Of a stretch of DNA of 32,000 nucleotides, positions 15,829 through 24,696 are shown in pieces. Every line of letters starts with the position of its first letter. The stretch's first letter is position 1. The DNA is from Candidatus Nitrosopumilus koreensis AR1 (lineage in GTDB: Archaea > Thermoproteota > Nitrososphaeria > Nitrososphaerales > Nitrosopumilaceae): the NCBI RefSeq assembly GCF_000299365.1, contig NC_018655.1:1530001-1562000 (forward strand), read 5' to 3'. The notes beneath the pieces are model-generated. The model was given only the letters and a program-made list of their open reading frames with translations, searched no databases and was not told the DNA's origin. A program made the position numbers and the translations under genes.

Positions 15829-16722
15829 ATGCTTACTGTTTTTGGTTCAACCGCACTAGATACAATTAGAACACCAAAAAAAACACTAAAGAATGTTTTA
15901 GGTGGTGCAGCTACTTTTGCTGCAATTTCTGCAAGTAATTTTGTAGATACTGGATTAATTGCAGTTGTTGGAAAAGATTTTCCAAAACAGCATCACAAAA
16001 CCCTATCAAAATATCTTAATTTGGAAGGGTTGTCTATTAAAAATGGAAAAACATTTCGTTATGATGGGAAATATGATGATACACTAAGCACTAGATCAAC
16101 ATTAAAAACAGAACTAAATGTTCTTGCAGATTTCAAACCTACAGTTCCTGAGGAGTATAGAAAATCTCAATTTGTATATCTTGCAAATAATGATCCTGAA
16201 CAAAATACTGCACTAATCAAAGAATTTGATAAAGTAAAATTTTCTATGTGTGACACAATTGATTTTTGGATTTCAACCAAGAGAGATGCTGTGATAAAGA
16301 TGATAAAATCTGTAGATGCAGTTGTTATCAATGATGAAGAAGCAAAACTTCTCACAAAAGAATTCAATCTGATAAAATGTGCAAAAAAAATGATGCAGTG
16401 GGGAGCAAAATATGTAATTATTAAAAAAGGTGAGCATGGTTCACTAATGTTTTATGATGATGTAATTTTTCCAACAGCAGGTTTTTCGTTAGAAGACGTG
16501 GTGGATCCTACAGGTGCAGGCGATTCTTTTGCAGGTGCCATGATCGGTTATCTAGCAAGTAAAAAATCAACTAGTCTTTCTGAGATCAAAAAAGCAGTTG
16601 TTTATGGGAATGTTTTAGGTTCATTTGCAGTTGAAAGATATGGATTAGATGGTTTGTTGAATATTAAAAATGGAGATATTACAAAAAGAGTCAAGATGTA
16701 TGAAAAAATGATCAGATTCTAA
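15829..16722 (+). CDS. PfkB-family carbohydrate/nucleoside kinase
   Basis: N-terminal GGAATF and the C-terminal DPTGAGDSFAGAMIGYL ribokinase-family signature. Confidence 0.85.
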   Translation: MLTVFGSTALDTIRTPKKTLKNVLGGAATFAAISASNFVDTGLIAVVGKDFPKQHHKTLSKYLNLEGLSIKNGKTFRYDGKYDDTLSTRSTLKTELNVLADFKPTVPEEYRKSQFVYLANNDPEQNTALIKEFDKVKFSMCDTIDFWISTKRDAVIKMIKSVDAVVINDEEAKLLTKEFNLIKCAKKMMQWGAKYVIIKKGEHGSLMFYDDVIFPTAGFSLEDVVDPTGAGDSFAGAMIGYLASKKSTSLSEIKKAVVYGNVLGSFAVERYGLDGLLNIKNGDITKRVKMYEKMIRF

Positions 16723-16761
16723 AAAGACTTAAGTTCAATAATTTCTCAAATTAATTTATCA

Positions 16762-17109
16762 TTGTCACAAGAAGTAACTGAAGACAGATTAGATACTATT
16801 TTCCAACTTCAAAAAGGATTATCAGAAATGATGAATCTTGATAGATATCCAAAAGATTCAGAAGGAAGAGTATCTGCATTATGTACTGCAATAATGCATG
16901 AAGCAGTTGAATTACAAAGAACAACCAATTGGAAATGGTGGAAAACGCCAACTAAATTTAATGAAGCAGAAGCAAGGGAGGAATTAATTGATATTTGGCA
17001 TTTTGTGGTTCAGGCATCCCTTGAGTTAGATCTCACACCAGATGATATTGTAGCAGAATACAAAAAGAAAAATGAGATCAACAGAGAAAGACAGAGAAGC
17101 GGTTATTAA
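16762..17109 (+). CDS. all-alpha NTP pyrophosphohydrolase (dimeric dUTPase/MazG-like)
   Basis: HEAVELQRTTNWKWWK...EELIDIWHFVV pattern (E..E...WKWW...E.iD..HF) typical of the dimeric dUTPase-like family. TTG start. Confidence 0.6.
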   Translation: MSQEVTEDRLDTIFQLQKGLSEMMNLDRYPKDSEGRVSALCTAIMHEAVELQRTTNWKWWKTPTKFNEAEAREELIDIWHFVVQASLELDLTPDDIVAEYKKKNEINRERQRSGY

Positions 17110-17582
17110 GAAATTTTAATTTTTTCAGAAATTACTCCAAAGTTAGTTTCATTAATCAAATTAATGATTCTAATATTTTTTTGAAAGTGTTCTATTGCAT
17201 TTTTAGAAATTGTTAGATAAGGATCTGGACTGGTGGAATTAATGATTCTGGAATTTTCATCAATTCCATTTTTATGCAATTGCAGTAATGAATGGCCTGA
17301 TTTGTGACCCCAAACTTCTTTACCACAAAGAATTATTTTTTTGATATTTTTGTTTTGGTAAACATATTGTATCATATTGTCGATTCCTTTATTTTCTGAA
17401 AATAATCTGCCAATAATTGCTACTTTAGATAATATTTCAGAATCTTTCAAATCATCAAGTAATGATATGCTAGCAAGTGTACATATTGCAATTTGTGAAT
17501 TGGTATTACCAATGTAAAATTCCTGCTTTATAGGCAGAACAACTTTGCATATTTCTCCAATTATGTTTCCAAGGCTATTCAT
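17106..17582 (-). CDS. MtrA-like corrinoid-binding domain protein (soluble, no membrane anchor)
   Basis: Collinear with the cytoplasmic domain of methanogen MtrA: IAICTLAS..., GRLFSENKGIDNMIQYVYQNKNIKKIILCGKEVWGHKSGHSLLQLHKNGID..., FQKNIRIINLI. Ends at 158 aa without a TM helix. Its start overlaps the DegT stop by 8 nt. Confidence 0.75.
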   Translation of the reverse strand: MNSLGNIIGEICKVVLPIKQEFYIGNTNSQIAICTLASISLLDDLKDSEILSKVAIIGRLFSENKGIDNMIQYVYQNKNIKKIILCGKEVWGHKSGHSLLQLHKNGIDENSRIINSTSPDPYLTISKNAIEHFQKNIRIINLINETNFGVISEKIKIS

Positions 17583-18663
17583 CTACTAAATCACGCACGG
17601 TTTTTGCAATATATTCAATATTTTTGGCAGATACATTTGGATGAACAGGTAAAGAAATTACATGGTTTGATGCCCAATCAGTATTTTTTAATTTTGATTT
17701 TATTTTATAAATAGGAATTTTATGAACAGGTATTGGATAATAAACTGCAGCACCAATTCCTTTGGAATTTAGTTTCTTTAAAATTGAATTTCTATTTTTT
17801 GTTGCAATTGTGTACAATGACCAATTAAATTTTTCATTTTTTCTTTCTGTAGGGAGTTTAATTTTTGTATCAGACAATAATTCTGATAACAGTTTTGCGT
17901 TACGTCTTCTTAGTTGAATGAATTTTGGCAATTTTTTAATTTGAATCTTAGCTATTGCAGCACTAATTTCAGGAAGTCTTAGATTTAATCCAAATATTTT
18001 AGAATCATATCCTTTAACCATTCCATGATTTCTAATCATCTGTAATTTTTCATAAAGTTTTTTATTGTTAGTAACTATTACACCACCTTCACCAGAAGTC
18101 ATTACTTTTCCTGGATAGAGGCTATAGCATCCAAGTTCAAAAAATGTTCCAGTTTGTTTGCCTTTAAAAGTCGAACCAAGAGATTGTGCAGCATCCTCAA
18201 CTACGGAGATATTATGTTTTTTTGTAATTTCTCTAATTCTATCAAGTGATGATATATGCCCATACAGATGTACAGGCATTATTGCTTTAGTTTTTCTAGT
18301 AATTTTTTTTATAATGGATTCAGGATCAATTGTAAAATTTTCTTTTAAAATATCTACAAAAACAGGTTTTGCTCCAGTAGATGCAATTGCATTTGCACTA
18401 GCTACAAATGTAAAAGATGGAACAATAACTTCATCTCCTTTTTTTATATCAAGTGCATAGAGTGCAGCTTGTAGTGCAGCAGTACCAGAATTTACTGAAA
18501 CAGCATATTTGGTTTTCACAAAGGTTCTGACAAGTTTTTCAAATTCCTGTACATTCTTTCCACCATCCTTAGAGGCAGAAGTTAATCCTCCCGACTTTAC
18601 TACAGATACAACTGCTGAAAGTTCTTCCTTGTCTAAAATAGGCGTGTTGATTGGAATTTTCAC
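17575..18663 (-). CDS. DegT/DnrJ/EryC1/StrS-family PLP-dependent sugar aminotransferase
   Basis: Family pattern throughout (IPINTPILDKEELSAV..., NSGTAALQAAL, FSLYPGKVMTSGEGG). The ORF is open to ATG 18708. GTG 18663 gives the usual N-terminus and sits 26 nt downstream of a TATA box. Confidence 0.88.
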   Translation of the reverse strand: MKIPINTPILDKEELSAVVSVVKSGGLTSASKDGGKNVQEFEKLVRTFVKTKYAVSVNSGTAALQAALYALDIKKGDEVIVPSFTFVASANAIASTGAKPVFVDILKENFTIDPESIIKKITRKTKAIMPVHLYGHISSLDRIREITKKHNISVVEDAAQSLGSTFKGKQTGTFFELGCYSLYPGKVMTSGEGGVIVTNNKKLYEKLQMIRNHGMVKGYDSKIFGLNLRLPEISAAIAKIQIKKLPKFIQLRRRNAKLLSELLSDTKIKLPTERKNEKFNWSLYTIATKNRNSILKKLNSKGIGAAVYYPIPVHKIPIYKIKSKLKNTDWASNHVISLPVHPNVSAKNIEYIAKTVRDLVDE

Positions 18664-18684
18664 AAATTTGGTCCTAATTACTAC

Positions 18685-18692
18685 TGTATAAA
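18685..18692 (-). promoter_or_regulatory. TATA box for the DegT/MtrA-like operon
   Basis: The minus strand reads ctttatac, centred about 26 nt upstream of GTG 18663. Confidence 0.4.
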
Positions 18693-18711
18693 GACAATCA
18701 CTACGCATGAA

Positions 18712-18723
18712 TTTTTATATTTC
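18712..18723 (+). promoter_or_regulatory. TATA box for the membrane-protein gene
   Basis: tttttatatttc is centred about 27 nt upstream of ATG 18744. Confidence 0.4.
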
Positions 18724-18743
18724 AAAATTTGGCAATCGGCATA

Positions 18744-19316
18744 ATGAAATCACGTCATCTAGAAAGAACAGATAAAGGGTACAAAGTTTTTCTGTATATT
18801 TTCTATGTTTGTGGATTCATTATGGCATCATCACTAATCTTTGGAGTATACGTTACAATGATTGAGTGGATGGAGAATGGCACATATGTAATGGGAGAAG
18901 CCATACACAATACAACTATTCCATTTGAGAATTTTGCAAGAGTGTCAACCTGGATATTTTTTTCTACAATCATTGGATGGTATTGTGTATCTAGAATAGG
19001 TTGGAGAAGAACGGCAGGAAATAAAATTGTTGGAACAAGAATGGCACTACTTCAGTTAATGCTATTAGGATTTTCAATTATTACTTTGTTTGAAGTGTTG
19101 TATAACTTTTCAATATTAACGGCTCAGATTTCTGCGGGAATTGTTGATGGAGTACTTCCAGATATTGATAAATTATCAATCGGATATCCGGATCCGGATC
19201 GGCCTTGGAATACAATCTTTGCAATCAAGATGTTTTTTGCAGCATTTATCATCAGTACTCATGCATTCTATCTAAGTACAAAACCTAGAAAGCCATTAAA
19301 TGAGCCAGATGTTTAA
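18744..19316 (+). CDS. hypothetical polytopic membrane protein
   Basis: Four to five hydrophobic helices and no recognisable motif. The ORF is open from TTG 18729; ATG 18744 fits the TATA spacing. Confidence 0.55.
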   Translation: MKSRHLERTDKGYKVFLYIFYVCGFIMASSLIFGVYVTMIEWMENGTYVMGEAIHNTTIPFENFARVSTWIFFSTIIGWYCVSRIGWRRTAGNKIVGTRMALLQLMLLGFSIITLFEVLYNFSILTAQISAGIVDGVLPDIDKLSIGYPDPDRPWNTIFAIKMFFAAFIISTHAFYLSTKPRKPLNEPDV

Positions 19317-19371
19317 ATCCCAAAGCAAATTTTTGTAAAAACTATTTTTTCTAGTATGATCAAAAAGTATC

Positions 19372-19560
19372 ATGGGATTGTTTGGTGGAAATGAAAATAA
19401 ATTAAAATGTAAAAAATGCGGAACAGTACTTTCAGATTCAGAGAGACTAAAGAAACATCAAGAAATAGCCCATAATAAGAAAAAAGAAAAATGCAGAGTT
19501 TGCGGAACAGAATTCAATACTCAAGAAGATCTAAGAAAACATAAAAAAAATTGCAAGTGA
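19372..19560 (+). CDS. small tandem C2H2/C2HC zinc-finger protein
   Basis: CKKCGTVLSDSERLKKHQEIAH is C-x2-C-x12-H-x4-H. CRVCGTEFNTQEDLRKHKKNC is C-x2-C-x12-H-x3-C. Confidence 0.65.
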   Translation: MGLFGGNENKLKCKKCGTVLSDSERLKKHQEIAHNKKKEKCRVCGTEFNTQEDLRKHKKNCK

Positions 19561-19568
19561 ATTTTTGA

Positions 19569-19778
19569 TTATTCAGAAAGGCCGGATTCATATTTTGGAG
19601 GTCGTTTAAGTGCTTTTTCTATAGATTCCAAATTTTTTATTTCATTTTTTGAATTCATAGTCAAAGTTTTGACCATTTCTGTGCCTAATTGTACAGATTG
19701 TTCAGGTAATGTCTCTAAGAATTTTTCAAGACCTTTTTTGTAATTTTCAATTAATTCCAATCCTTCTTCAAGAGTCAT
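19569..19778 (-). CDS. hypothetical small helical protein (69 aa)
   Basis: The track ORF extends to 19958, but that part overlaps the tyrS 5' end and is Ser-rich low complexity. Met61 (19778) begins a helical sequence, MTLEEGLELIENYKKGLEKFLE.... Confidence 0.4.
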   Translation of the reverse strand: MTLEEGLELIENYKKGLEKFLETLPEQSVQLGTEMVKTLTMNSKNEIKNLESIEKALKRPPKYESGLSE

Positions 19779-19872
19779 AATTAATGATTGAATGGTCTTG
19801 TATTCAAAGTTTCCAAATTTTAAGAATTTTTTGAATAACTTTATACGTTTACTACTCAAGAGTTGATTTGAT

Positions 19873-20919
19873 TTGGATATAACTGAAAAAGTTGATTTGA
19901 TTGAGAGATCACCAACTGAAGAAGTTGTAACACGTGATGAACTAATTGAGTTATTCAAAACAAATTCATCTCCAAAACACTACATTGGTTTAGAAATTTC
20001 TGGTTTTTTACATCTTGGAAGCTTAATTAGTACAGGATTCAAAATTAATGATTTTGTAAAAGCTGGTGTAAAATGTACAATATTTCTTGCAGATTGGCAT
20101 ACATTAATCAATGACAAATTAGGAGGAGACTGGGAAACAATTTCTAAAGTTTCAAAATATTATCAAGATGCTTTCAAATTAGTTTGTCCTGATGCTGAAA
20201 TTATTTTAGGTTCAAAACTTTATGAAGAAAAGACAGAGTATTGGTCAGAGCTTGTGAAATTTACAAAACACATGTCATTAGCTAGAACAATGAGAACTCT
20301 AACAATTATGGGACGTTCTGAAAATGAAGAGAAGATAGATGTTGCAAAATTACTTTATCCAGCAATGCAAGCAGTTGATATTCATTCTTTGGATGTAGAT
20401 ATAGCACATGCTGGAATGGATCAAAGAAAAATCCACATGCTGGTCAGAGAGATATTTCCTAAGATGAAATGGAAGGTGCCAGTAGCAGTTCATCACAAAC
20501 TATTACCAGGACTGTCAAAGCCTGCAGATACTAGTGATACACAGATTCTAGGAAAGATGAGTAAATCTGATCCAAATTCAGGAGTCTTTATTCATAACAC
20601 AGATGAAGAAATTAAGAAAAAAATGAACAAAGCTTGGTGTGAAGAAGCAAACATACAGAACAACCCGTTATTAGAAATTGCAAAGACTGTGATTTTTCAC
20701 GAATTTGATGAAATGAGTGTAGAAAGACCTGAAAAATTTGGAGGAAATGTATCATATCAAAATTATAATCAGCTTGAAACAGATTTTGCAGAAAAGAAGT
20801 TACATCCAGGGGATTTGAAGCAAACAGTTGGAAATTATTTGGTTAGAATAATATCTCCAATTAGAGACAAGTTGAATCTAACTGAAGAATTACATAATGC
20901 TATTAAGAAAAGTTACTGA
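19873..20919 (+). CDS. tyrS: tyrosyl-tRNA synthetase (archaeal type)
   Basis: HIGH-like SGFLHLGS and KMSKS motifs. The C-terminal RPEKFGGNVSY...LHPGDLKQTVGNYLVRIISPIRDKL closely parallels the archaeal TyrRS C-terminus. TTG start. Confidence 0.9.
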   Translation: MDITEKVDLIERSPTEEVVTRDELIELFKTNSSPKHYIGLEISGFLHLGSLISTGFKINDFVKAGVKCTIFLADWHTLINDKLGGDWETISKVSKYYQDAFKLVCPDAEIILGSKLYEEKTEYWSELVKFTKHMSLARTMRTLTIMGRSENEEKIDVAKLLYPAMQAVDIHSLDVDIAHAGMDQRKIHMLVREIFPKMKWKVPVAVHHKLLPGLSKPADTSDTQILGKMSKSDPNSGVFIHNTDEEIKKKMNKAWCEEANIQNNPLLEIAKTVIFHEFDEMSVERPEKFGGNVSYQNYNQLETDFAEKKLHPGDLKQTVGNYLVRIISPIRDKLNLTEELHNAIKKSY

Positions 20920-21710
20920 ACTTTGAGATCTGGATTAGTTTGTTCTTCTAGATTGTATTTTGATTTGTATCCTCTTGGATTTATCATCAAATCTTTGTAA
21001 GAGTATGTAGATGAATTTCCCACTATTACAGTACTAGTCATTCCTAATTTGTCTGAATGGTTTGGTAGATTTTCTAAGTCAGTCATAACTATTGTTTGAG
21101 ATTCTCTATATGCACTCATAATAATTGCAACAGGAGTTGTTGGCTTTCTGTATTTTAAGAGGATTTTTCTAGTGTCTTGTAACTGATGAATTCTTTTTTT
21201 ACTTGCAGGATTATAAATTACAAGAACAAAATCACCTTGAGCTGCAGATTCAACTCTATTTTCAATAACTTCCCATGGAACCAATAAATCACTCATACTT
21301 ACAACTGCAAAATCTGTCATAAGTGGTGAACCTACAATAGAAGCACAGGAATTAAGTGCAGACACTCCTGGAATTACTTCTACTTCAAGTCCATCTTTAG
21401 GATTCCAGCCACCTTCAGCTAGAGTTTCATAGATTAATCCGGCCATTCCATAAATTCCTGGATCTCCGCTTGATACAAGTGATACAATTTTCCCTGATTT
21501 TGCAAGATCAATGCATTGATGGGCTCTTTCAACTTCTTGTGTCATTGCATAACGATGAACTGTTTTTCCTCCGATAAGATCTGAAACTAAATTTACGTAT
21601 GTTTCATAACCTACAATAGTATCACTTTCACTAATTACTTCTTTTGCTCGAAAAGTCATATGATCATGGTGTCCAGGACCTACACCAACAATGTACAATT
21701 TTCCAGTCAA
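20913..21710 (-). CDS. cbiH: precorrin-3B / cobalt-factor III C17-methyltransferase
   Basis: LYIVGVGPGHHDHMT...IVGYETYVNLV...VSLVSSGDPGIYGMAG pattern of CbiH/CobJ tetrapyrrole methylases. Confidence 0.85.
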   Translation of the reverse strand: MTGKLYIVGVGPGHHDHMTFRAKEVISESDTIVGYETYVNLVSDLIGGKTVHRYAMTQEVERAHQCIDLAKSGKIVSLVSSGDPGIYGMAGLIYETLAEGGWNPKDGLEVEVIPGVSALNSCASIVGSPLMTDFAVVSMSDLLVPWEVIENRVESAAQGDFVLVIYNPASKKRIHQLQDTRKILLKYRKPTTPVAIIMSAYRESQTIVMTDLENLPNHSDKLGMTSTVIVGNSSTYSYKDLMINPRGYKSKYNLEEQTNPDLKVQ

Positions 21711-21755
21711 TTTTAAAACAAATCATCTTTTCAAGTAATTTATCCCTTTAGTGAA

Positions 21756-23222
21756 TTATTGAAAGGGATCAACAAATGGACAATTTACTATATGATCACT
21801 ATTAGTTGGTCGTGCTATACTTACAGTGATTAGATCATCAGTTTTGAATGAATCTATATCAGATTTTGTTTCAAGAATTTTTGCATTTTCTGAATCATTC
21901 CATTCAATTAGATAGATTCTCCACATTGGGCTATAATTTTCATCGCCTAATCCAGCAGTAGCAATTCCAGCTTGAAATCCTAGTGGACCTGAACCTTTAA
22001 TCCCATTTTTGAACTGGAAAAGATCAACTGCTGCAGAGTGTTTAATTAGATTTGCAGATGTTGGAGATGATGTCACTCCCATCATTTGAGCAGGACCAAG
22101 CGGAGTAGCATCAGTAACAATATAGTAGATTGTTCTTCCATCAGGACCCCATCCTCTATGAGCAACAAATGTTACAGTCATTTCTTCTTCATTAATTTCA
22201 GTGATTTGACCTCCCCCATATGGCATATCATCAGTAATTTCTTTCTCAGAACGTACTTGCATCTGTCCATCAGGCCAAAGTATCTGTGGAGTGTTTAGAA
22301 CAATACCTGTTTCATTAAATTCAATTCGTCCACCTTCTTCAGCTGCTATTACATCACTAGCAGATTCAAAGACAGTTGCTTTTTGACCTGTTTTCCAGGT
22401 TACCTCAATTACAGAAGATAATGCACTATATTCTGATTCTTGCTGTGGAGTGCTAGAGAATACTTCATCTTGGAATCCATAAATCCCATCTCCTTTAATC
22501 CCATTTTTAAAAATGAATATTTTTTGAAGAACATCTTCTGAAACATCAGCTAGAACAGGTGCAAGTTCTACATTCCATTCTTGTTTTTCTGATAGATTTT
22601 TTGCATACTCTTCATCGCTTCCATCAGTAATAATGTACAGAACTTTTTCTCCTCCATAGATTCCTTTATGCATTGGGATGGTAGCTGGGACATTTGTTCT
22701 AGAAAGTAATGATGATGGTTCTTCTTTTTCTAATTCAATTTTTTGCATAATAATTTCAGTTGGTTGTCCCCTAATCCAGCCATCAACACTAACTGTTGAT
22801 GTGAATGGTTTAGAATTTGGAGAGTGCAATCCAAGTGCTGCTCCTGTAAATTCAAAAGATCCCGATTTTTCTTGTAAGTCAATTAAAGATAATCCATATA
22901 CAGTATCACCATCAATACTCCAGGTAGGTTGGCCTTTTGCATCATTTGAGTTAATTTCATGTAAAACAACAATCTGAACAGGCTCACTAGAGGTAAATGT
23001 CATAGAACCGTCATAGATTGTCCCTTCATTAGGTGACAGAATCAGAGACAATTGGTGGTTTTCATGTCCTTGCCCTGGATCTTGAGATGATGAAAAAGTT
23101 TGCGTGAAATGAATTTTTTTTCTAGAACCTGCATCAACAAACTGATCAGATATTGAAGAAATTGTAATAATACTTGTTGCAAAAATACCAATAATTAATA
23201 TCGCAACTAGTTTACTCAACAA
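21756..23222 (-). CDS. secreted/membrane-anchored protein of unknown function with an internally duplicated domain
   Basis: N-terminal hydrophobic anchor LVAILIIGIFATSIITI. Two homologous modules each carry a Y(I/Y)I(I/V)TD...FxFKNGIKGxGxxGFQ...YSxxxxxxxxxW motif. Confidence 0.7.
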   Translation of the reverse strand: MLSKLVAILIIGIFATSIITISSISDQFVDAGSRKKIHFTQTFSSSQDPGQGHENHQLSLILSPNEGTIYDGSMTFTSSEPVQIVVLHEINSNDAKGQPTWSIDGDTVYGLSLIDLQEKSGSFEFTGAALGLHSPNSKPFTSTVSVDGWIRGQPTEIIMQKIELEKEEPSSLLSRTNVPATIPMHKGIYGGEKVLYIITDGSDEEYAKNLSEKQEWNVELAPVLADVSEDVLQKIFIFKNGIKGDGIYGFQDEVFSSTPQQESEYSALSSVIEVTWKTGQKATVFESASDVIAAEEGGRIEFNETGIVLNTPQILWPDGQMQVRSEKEITDDMPYGGGQITEINEEEMTVTFVAHRGWGPDGRTIYYIVTDATPLGPAQMMGVTSSPTSANLIKHSAAVDLFQFKNGIKGSGPLGFQAGIATAGLGDENYSPMWRIYLIEWNDSENAKILETKSDIDSFKTDDLITVSIARPTNSDHIVNCPFVDPFQ

Positions 23223-23257
23223 GTTTCATTGAGATTATTCCCTTAAATGATTTTGTC

Positions 23258-24661
23258 CTAATTGATTTTATCTAATTCAAATGCATTGTGTAATGCACGA
23301 ACAGCTGCATTGGTATCAGAATTTTTAACTACAAATGCAAGATTTAGTTCAGATGAGCCCTGAGTAATCATTGATACGTTGACTTTATTTTTCTCAATTG
23401 CACCAAAAACTTTAGAGGCAACTCCTACAGTTCCACGCATTCCTGAACCAATTAATGCAATAATTGCTACATTTGTCGTCACTTCAAGTTTTTTGATGAT
23501 TTTTCCTAAAAGTTCCATCTCAAGTGAGCTTACAGCTTTGTCAAGATCAGTATTCTTTACAACTATTGTTATACTAGATTCAGAAGGATTTTGAGATATC
23601 ATCATAACATTGATTCCTGCTTTTGCTAATGTTGCAAAAATTTTTGCAGCAGTTCCGGGAGTTCCAACCATACTTCCGCCTCTAATGTCGATTAGCCCAT
23701 TATTTTGAACATTGCTAACACATTTTACGGTATTTTTTACTGCTGATGAAGGAGAAGCTGTTACTAGAGTTCCTTCATTTTTTACACTAAAGGAACTTCT
23801 AATCTTCATTGGAATTTTCTTTGACAATAGGGGCTCAAATGTGCGCGGATGTATCTGTTTTGCACCGAATAATGCCATCTCAATTGCCTCAATGTAGGAA
23901 ACTTCTTTGAGTAATTTTGCATTTTTAACTATTTTTGGATCTGCAGTCATTAGTCCGTCTACATCACTCATCAGCCAAATTTCATCTGCTTTTATGCAAG
24001 TACCAATTATGGTTGCAGAATAATCGGAACCTCCTCTTCCAAAAGTAGTTACATGTCCATGTTGATCTGCACCAACAAAACCTCCAACAACAGGTATTGT
24101 TTTCTTTAAGAAGATGTTATCCACAGTTTTTGAGACTCTTAATCTAGTTGTATCAATTAGAGGTTTAGATTCACCAAAGTTAGAGTCAGTGACAATTCCT
24201 ACTTCTTTTCCAGTCAGAGGTATTGATTTCTTACCTGAATCGTTGATCGCCATTGAAACTAGCTTTATGGACAATCTTTCTCCAAATGAGAAGAGATAAT
24301 CCATCGTTCTAGGAGTAACTTCTCCTAGTAATACCATCCCATCAATTAATGCAATAAGTTCTGTAAAGTCTTCATCAAAGTTTTTTAGCAATTTTTTTCG
24401 TAGATCTAATTTTTTGATTGTTTGTTTTGCTAGTTGTTTATGACGGTTAGTTATTTTTGATGCTAGTTGTTCAGCTTTTGATTTGTTTTCTTTTTTTATT
24501 GATTCAGATATCTCTATTAGATCATCTGTTGTTCCACTTGTTGCAGAACACACAACTACAATTTCATTTTTCTTAGATAGTGTGTTTAGATGATTAGCTA
24601 CTGCTCTAATGTCTTTGGCAGACGAGATTGATGTTCCACCATATTTTATTACTAGTCTCAA
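23258..24661 (-). CDS. lysC: aspartate kinase with C-terminal ACT domains
   Basis: N-terminal IKYGGTSI, the GRGGSDYSA kinase motif, and a tandem ACT region at the C-terminus. Confidence 0.92.
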   Translation of the reverse strand: MRLVIKYGGTSISSAKDIRAVANHLNTLSKKNEIVVVCSATSGTTDDLIEISESIKKENKSKAEQLASKITNRHKQLAKQTIKKLDLRKKLLKNFDEDFTELIALIDGMVLLGEVTPRTMDYLFSFGERLSIKLVSMAINDSGKKSIPLTGKEVGIVTDSNFGESKPLIDTTRLRVSKTVDNIFLKKTIPVVGGFVGADQHGHVTTFGRGGSDYSATIIGTCIKADEIWLMSDVDGLMTADPKIVKNAKLLKEVSYIEAIEMALFGAKQIHPRTFEPLLSKKIPMKIRSSFSVKNEGTLVTASPSSAVKNTVKCVSNVQNNGLIDIRGGSMVGTPGTAAKIFATLAKAGINVMMISQNPSESSITIVVKNTDLDKAVSSLEMELLGKIIKKLEVTTNVAIIALIGSGMRGTVGVASKVFGAIEKNKVNVSMITQGSSELNLAFVVKNSDTNAAVRALHNAFELDKIN

Positions 24662-24696
24662 TTCAAAATACTTGAATTAGTTAATCTTTAAATGCT

